64,000 bases of DNA from Amoebidium appalachense (taxonomy: Eukaryota > Protista > Ichthyosporea). The position numbers were made by a program, and so were the translations under genes. Positions 39,376 to 64,000 of this stretch are shown here, in pieces. The notes below the pieces were generated by a model that ran no database searches, was not told the origin of the DNA, and saw nothing but the letters and a program-made list of their open reading frames with translations. The number at the start of each line of letters is the position of its first letter. Position 1 is the stretch's first letter. Location: contig CAVNZM010000008.1 of assembly GCA_963693365.1 (NCBI GenBank), positions 7,140,830-7,204,829 on the forward strand, read 5' to 3'.

Positions 39376-40448
39376 CCCCCCGAGTCTCTCTCTCTCTCTC
39401 TCTCTCTCTCCCCCCCCCCCCCTCCCCTCTCCCTCTCCCTCTCTCTCCCCTCTCCTCCTCTCCCGCTGCCTTCCCCTCCTCGCTCCTCTAGCACCTAGCC
39501 CACACGAAAGAAATCTTGCCAAAAAAAAAGTCAAACGAAGAATGCAGCACTACAAGAGCTCAATAGTTCATCATACCTGATACCACACGTTGGTCTGTAG
39601 ATCGCACAAGTAGGAGTCGTTGGTGTTCTGGTCTCCAAAGGGCACCCCAGTACCCCCAAAGACCAGCATGGTGTTACCGTAGAGCACACCTGGCAACGCT
39701 AAGCTGTAAGATCTTTTACACACTTAAACTGGTTTCCACATTTGATGCGGTGTAATGTTAAAGGCTAACATTCAATTCAGAGTCTATCAAGCTTAATACA
39801 TTTCTGATCACTTTGACCGTCGTGGGATATACAACTGAACCATGCATGCACAGTGAGTTGCACTCGCATTGATATTCGATCAGATCCTAAAACCAGCAAG
39901 AAACGGTTCTGGAAGTAAGTCTACTATACCCAACCCTAAAAATTTATTAATTAATTAAGTATGGGAATTGTTTCCTTGGCGGACTTCAACCGTGGCAGCA
40001 AGTTACATGGGCTCTTTAAAAATACCTTGGTGGCTGCAACGACGGCTTGGAGGAGTACCACTAGTTCTCACCGGCGTCCAGGTCTGCAACAAGGAGCGTG
40101 ATCGTTTCAGTTGGCCAGAAACCAGAGAAACTGGACTACATAGTCAGCCGTAAACTCAGTAAGGCTATACAATTTCTTTTGCACAGTCACTAAATAAATA
40201 AATTAATATGATGGAGATGGTTTGGGGTTCAAAGTCATGTTTCCTACCTTAGTTGCCAGATGCAGTTTGAAGAGGTCTGCATAGCAGGTGTCGACGTGGA
40301 AGCCCCCGAACACGTATAGGTTTGCACCGTCGTCGTCACACATGGAAATGTGGCCGCTACGGGCTGAGGGCTGCCTCCCATTGCACGCCATTTCTACGAG
40401 CTCAAGTGGCATGGTGGGGCTTGAAAGCGAAACACATCGGGAAGACAT
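33492..40448 (-). CDS. KLHDC10: Kelch domain-containing protein 10-like (kelch propeller + C-terminal BC/cullin-box-like segment), ~398 aa
   Basis: Exons: 40248-40448, 40026-40083, 39577-39689, 38401-38571, 37934-38038, 37712-37771, 37047-37156, 35801-35905, 35047-35123, 34328-34359, 33992-34148, 33492-33499. The last mini-exon is tentative; read-through would instead stop near 33948. Kelch motifs PSARSGH, LYVFGG, LVFGGTGVPFGDQNTND (KLHDC10-like signature), PSPRYGH, PPRYRH, FHSAT..MYIFGG. C-terminal PPTLLWMC...LGLP. Confidence 0.85.
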
Positions 40449-41870
40449 GGTGGCAGATTGTGTTGCTGAATAGCACTGCTGTGGCTAAGAGAGCAACAAG
40501 AAACTGAAGTTTACAAATCTCTTGTACCTGAGGAGATATGCTTTCTTGGCTGCTTGCTTCTCGGCAAATGCTGAAACACGAGGTTTTTGTTTTCCGCTTG
40601 CTTTTGAGGGAGGTGTCGAAGTATGTTAAACTGGCAAGTCGACGTCTGCATGTGCCAACTTCCCTTGCAGTTGATTCTGTGCCAGACCAAAATTTCAAAG
40701 CTTTCCACCGGATATTCTCAAACACACGACGTCGTTGCTGTTGTTTCGTTTCTCGTGTTTCTGGATACTTAAAAATATGCCTCAGATCATACCGTTGAGG
40801 TTCTGCCCTACAGAGATACTGCTATCACCACACGGGTACTTCCACCTAGATGGTGTGGTGACCCAGCTTCGGATTAAAGAAGAGGTTCCGGAAGTCTCTC
40901 GTCTTGATCTCTTGGTTCTTTTCTGTGCCAACACGAAAGGGCAAAAAAAACAAAAACAGGTCGAGAGAGTAGAAAGAAGAAGCGTGGGACTGAGTGGAAT
41001 CTTGGGTGTGCGCTTCCTTTTGCCAGCTTGTCTGCTTGCACCCTCGCCATACACACGTGCATGATGATGGCGTAAAGCCTGTGAAGCCACCAAAATAAGC
41101 CAACCAACCGCCTCAGCAGTTGTCACTTTCCCTAAAAGGATTTTCAATAGCTTCCTATGGTAACTGTGCTCCACCAAATTTTTGCAAAAGCTGCTGTGAT
41201 TGGATGAATCTGCACCACTTGTGAGCCGCACTTTTCCCCTATACTTCTTTTGTTGGGGCGTTCAGCATTTCTTGCAACGCTTTCATAAATTTACCAGGTA
41301 CCTCAAAAATTTAACAGCATCAAAAAAGAGCTTAAAGGGAGGCAGTAACCTAGCATATCTAATTTTGTGTGTAAGAAAATAAAAAGGTTTAGAATAACTT
41401 CTGTTTGAGCAAGCAGCAGCTGGCAGCCTAATATGCCGTAAAGCTGGAAAGTTGGACTCACTCGTGGGGAGGGTTGGAGTTTGGGGGGATTAATGTACAT
41501 GTCACCAGCTTCCAGCTATCCTCATCACAGTGATCAGGCTCGAGGGTGAGTTTACACGGTCCGGGTCGACCGCTTACAACGTGGGAGACACGCACGTTTG
41601 CAAGGCCACCAATTTGAAATTGGGTCAGTAAAGACTCGGAAGCGGGAAGAACGGGGGACAAAAATTTTACACAAAATACTATGGTTCATAGCTATCCCTC
41701 TCTGGCTTTCACTAGTAGGTCGGAGTTACATGAGCAAAGAGCACCGAAGCTTTGAGTTTCTTCTATGTATGAACATTCATAACAACGTTCATTGTAGCTG
41801 CAAGCCAAACAAATGACACAGCTGAAACCACAGACAAACTACACGATCCCCACTGGTTATTCTGGCAGAG

Positions 41871-49614
<7,744 letters not shown>

Positions 49615-50553
49615 ATCGGTGTTGTTTTGTTATTGACTTAACGAATACGTCGGTGTTTTCTCGATTGTGTGCCCACCTTAAATGACAAGGGGCACATAAA
49701 CTTTTAGGGGAACTTGCCATATATGGGCAAAATCAATTATTACGCTTGGTGAGATTGGTGGCGTGAGCGTTTTCGTTCATACTGATAGCACTAGTAGTAT
49801 TTATTTCTTAATGACGTCGAGATAATCTCGCACCAGCATTTCAGACCTTATTTATGCAGATAAGAGAGCTTAGTTTAATTCTATTGCACATTTAATTATC
49901 AGATTGTTGCAAAAACTTAAGGTTGCTGAGTTCAAAAGCGCTATGCAGGAGTAGAGATTATTGCATGGGGAACTGCATATACGTGCACGTAGGATGTAAC
50001 AAACTGCCCGTACAGCACACTCAAAACTGGCCCATGTGGCGTTTGTGAAATGCATGAAATTTGTTAGTTGAATGTACATGTCCGCATGCACCCCGTTATC
50101 GGCGCCAAAGCGTTTCGCGTACTTTTGATATGTGTGCTCTAATGGCAGCAGAGAATTAAAAAAGGGCAGATCCCTAAGTTAAACCTTCCTAGTGAAGGGA
50201 TAATTAACTCTGGATCTATTTGCTATACGAACAGTGCGCGGGCCGAGTTCACAGGCTTGGGCAGACCTGACTACCAGCACTGCAAGGAGTGAGCGCATCC
50301 ATGTGAGGTTACAGTGACTCCAAGGGGGGAGAGGGGGGGGGGGGAGGGAGGGGGCTGGGCCAAAAAATAGAGAAGTAAAAGAAAGCAAGAACCCGAGGCT
50401 CCCCCTTCCCCCCGGCCCCCCTCTCAGCCTCGGTCAAGAAAAAGATGAACTTGAAATGAAAGCGAGCCCCCCCCCCCCTCCCCCCCCCCCCGCCGCCGCC
50501 GCCGCCGCCGCGCCATAGAAAAAAGGAGAAGGAAAGGATCGATAAAGCAAGCC

Positions 50554-50585
<32 letters not shown>

Positions 50586-51483
50586 TTCCCCCGCCGCGCG
50601 CCCCCAAAAAAGGAGAAGGAAAAGAAAGCAAGAACCCCCCCCCCCCCCAAAAAAAAAAAAAAAAAGAAAGAAGAAGAAGAAGTAGAAGAAAGAAAGGAAA
50701 GTGAAAAAAAAAGAGAAGAGAAGAGAAAAAACATAACCAAATATGACTTGCAGTAGTCTATAAGGAACGCATGCTACTAAACCGTTACCTGTGTGCCTTA
50801 AGCTTACACAGCACATGTACTACAGGTAATGGGCTTGCTTTCTCTTCGTTACACGAATTGGCTGTGTTGTGTGTCTTTGTCCGACTCAGTATAAATTGCT
50901 GCTGTTTGCCTGTGTGTGTGCATGTCCCACCGGGTGAGTGAAAACTTGAAGTGTGACAGCGCATGTGTATGGGTCCCTAAAGGGTGACGGGAAACTTTAA
51001 GAGGGTGGGTGGGGGAGGGGGGGGGGGGGGAGCACCGACGCTAGAACGTGTGTGCCCACTGAAATGGGTATATAATAAATACATTCTGGTTGCACTTCAA
51101 ATTATTGAAGCAGTTTTTTATTTTCCTGATTTGAATATCATCCAACAATAAAGAAACACGAGCACCTGTGCCAGAGAATATTCCGACGAAATAAAGGAAT
51201 TCCACCAACTTCCCCAAAAATCAAACTGTCTGCAAAAAAGAAAAAGAGAAAACAAAATTACACAAAAACACAGAGAGAAACAAGGCTGACCGTCTTATAC
51301 CTGTTGTGTTATGGGTTTCGCAAACTGAATCCCAAATGCAATAGGTTAATGTTGCCCTGCGTGCATTACCCCTAAGCAGAATACCCTTTCAGACTATACT
51401 ATATGGTTAAACAGGTGGTTTAATGGCGAGTCCTGTATTCACATATGCAAGTTTGCACATGATCAGTGCTGGTATAAATTAAC

Positions 51484-51514
<31 letters not shown>

Positions 51515-51523
51515 AAAAAAAAA

Positions 51524-51556
<33 letters not shown>

Positions 51557-52098
51557 CCAGATAGATCCTCCTGTACAGCAAATATCCATACATCTGACAC
51601 CGCTTGTTTGCCATGCATGCCCTACCTATATAAACTACAAATACAATCCAATCCAACATGTACACATGGCCCTCTCAAACCAACTACTCCCCGACTTGTG
51701 TTTTTATGGTACATCGCATACTCCATCTCAAAGCCATCCAACAAATCCAGACCCGTCCATCATCCCTCCTCCCGCCCTCCGCCCCAACACACACACACAC
51801 ATCCACATCCAACCCCCCCCCCCCCCCCCCCCCCCTCCAAAAAAACAAAAAACAAAAAAAAAAAAACAAAAAAAAACAAAAACAAAAACAAAAACAAAAA
51901 CAAACAAAAACAAGAAAAAACCCACATACCTATCCAACCCCCACCACGTCAATCATGCACCACCATACATCCAACAACGTGCGCTGGTTCACATAACAAC
52001 TGACGAAGAAAACGATCACACACATCACTCACCCACACCCCACCGCACCCCACCACTCAATCCAAACACCCAGACGTGCACACCAATAACAGCACTGA

Positions 52099-63319
<11,221 letters not shown>

Positions 63320-63840
63320 GGTTGCTGTGGTGAAAGGGGAGGATGTGAGAAAGGGGAGGATGTAGAGAGGGGTGAGGGGGGGGGGGGGGGGGGGGGGGGG
63401 GAGGGGGAGGAGAGGGAGGGGGGGGGGGGTTGACCGATAAAAAATAAGTGGGATGTCAGTTGTGAGGAGACGGTGGAAAAGTGACGGCGGTTGGGATGGA
63501 TTCGGTGGTCCATAGAACAGCGCGACTTTTAAAAGAAAGAGACTGGTTGTTTAACAAGCGAAAACTAACGATAAACGTTGATTAGTATGTCAGTGTGGGG
63601 GGAGGAAGGAGAAGCGGGGGGTGAGGGAGGGGAGAAGGGAGCAAAGGGAGGGAATCATTCAAAAACGTGCATGTATATATGTGTAGGTGGGTGGGTGGAG
63701 GGGGAGGTGGGGGTGCACGTTGCCCGCAACAAAGTGACATGCTTCCTTGTTTATGTGGTGATGCTATATGAGAAGTTATGGCAATCTAAAGTGCTATCTG
63801 TTTTCAACACAGCACCAGAGAATATAACTGAGATCCTCAC

Positions 63841-63925
63841 ACGAAGTAGAAGTTGCGTTTCAATGGCCCCTTCAATGACCGGTGGTGCATTCACATCTAT
63901 GGGGCAGAAAACCTTGTAGTGACCC
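63841..63925 (-). CDS. Possible internal exon of an unidentified gene entering from the right edge
   Basis: TTTTATGACAG|...GHYKVFCPIDVNAPPVIEGAIETQLLLR|GTGAGG; no recognisable homology. Confidence 0.3.
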
Positions 63926-64000
63926 CTGTCATAAAACCAAAGTAGCACAGCACAATTCTATCCCTCTACACCATGCCGTCGAATAAATAATATTTGCCTA

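Noticed and set aside
41499-41720. In-frame TGA at 41547 as selenocysteine or readthrough upstream of the methyltransferase
   Set aside because: The TGA lies in GTGAGT, a consensus splice donor, and there is no homology support. The upstream exon structure could not be resolved.

Overview
Intron-rich eukaryotic (protist-type) genomic DNA, saturated with poly-G/poly-C tracts and (CA)n/(GA)n microsatellites. Almost all ORFs in the supplied track are simple-repeat artefacts. Splicing by hand on GT-AG boundaries with consistent phases gives five genes: (1) minus strand, a PH-PH + soluble-type class III nucleotidyl cyclase + STAND NTPase, running off the left edge; (2) minus, a secreted Cys-repeat/mucin-like protein; (3) minus, a KLHDC10-like kelch/BC-box protein; (4) plus, a bacterial-type TrmN6/YfiC-like N6-adenine methyltransferase; (5) minus, mitochondrial cysteine desulfurase NFS1. 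tRNA-Asp(GTC) and tRNA-Gly(GCC) lie inside introns. The most interesting signal is a dispersed ~290-bp element (subfamilies A and B, plus a diverged C; at least 10 copies or fragments). It sits in G-tracts, has one fixed end (RNA sense ...CGCAUUCAA-poly(C)) and one variably truncated end, and carries helices that covary between subfamilies. These helices include all three hammerhead-ribozyme core strands (NUH, GAAA, CUGANGA) in a non-canonical order. One copy is interrupted by a 576-bp piggyBac-like MITE at a TTAA site. All structural and functional interpretations were made by eye and are untested.
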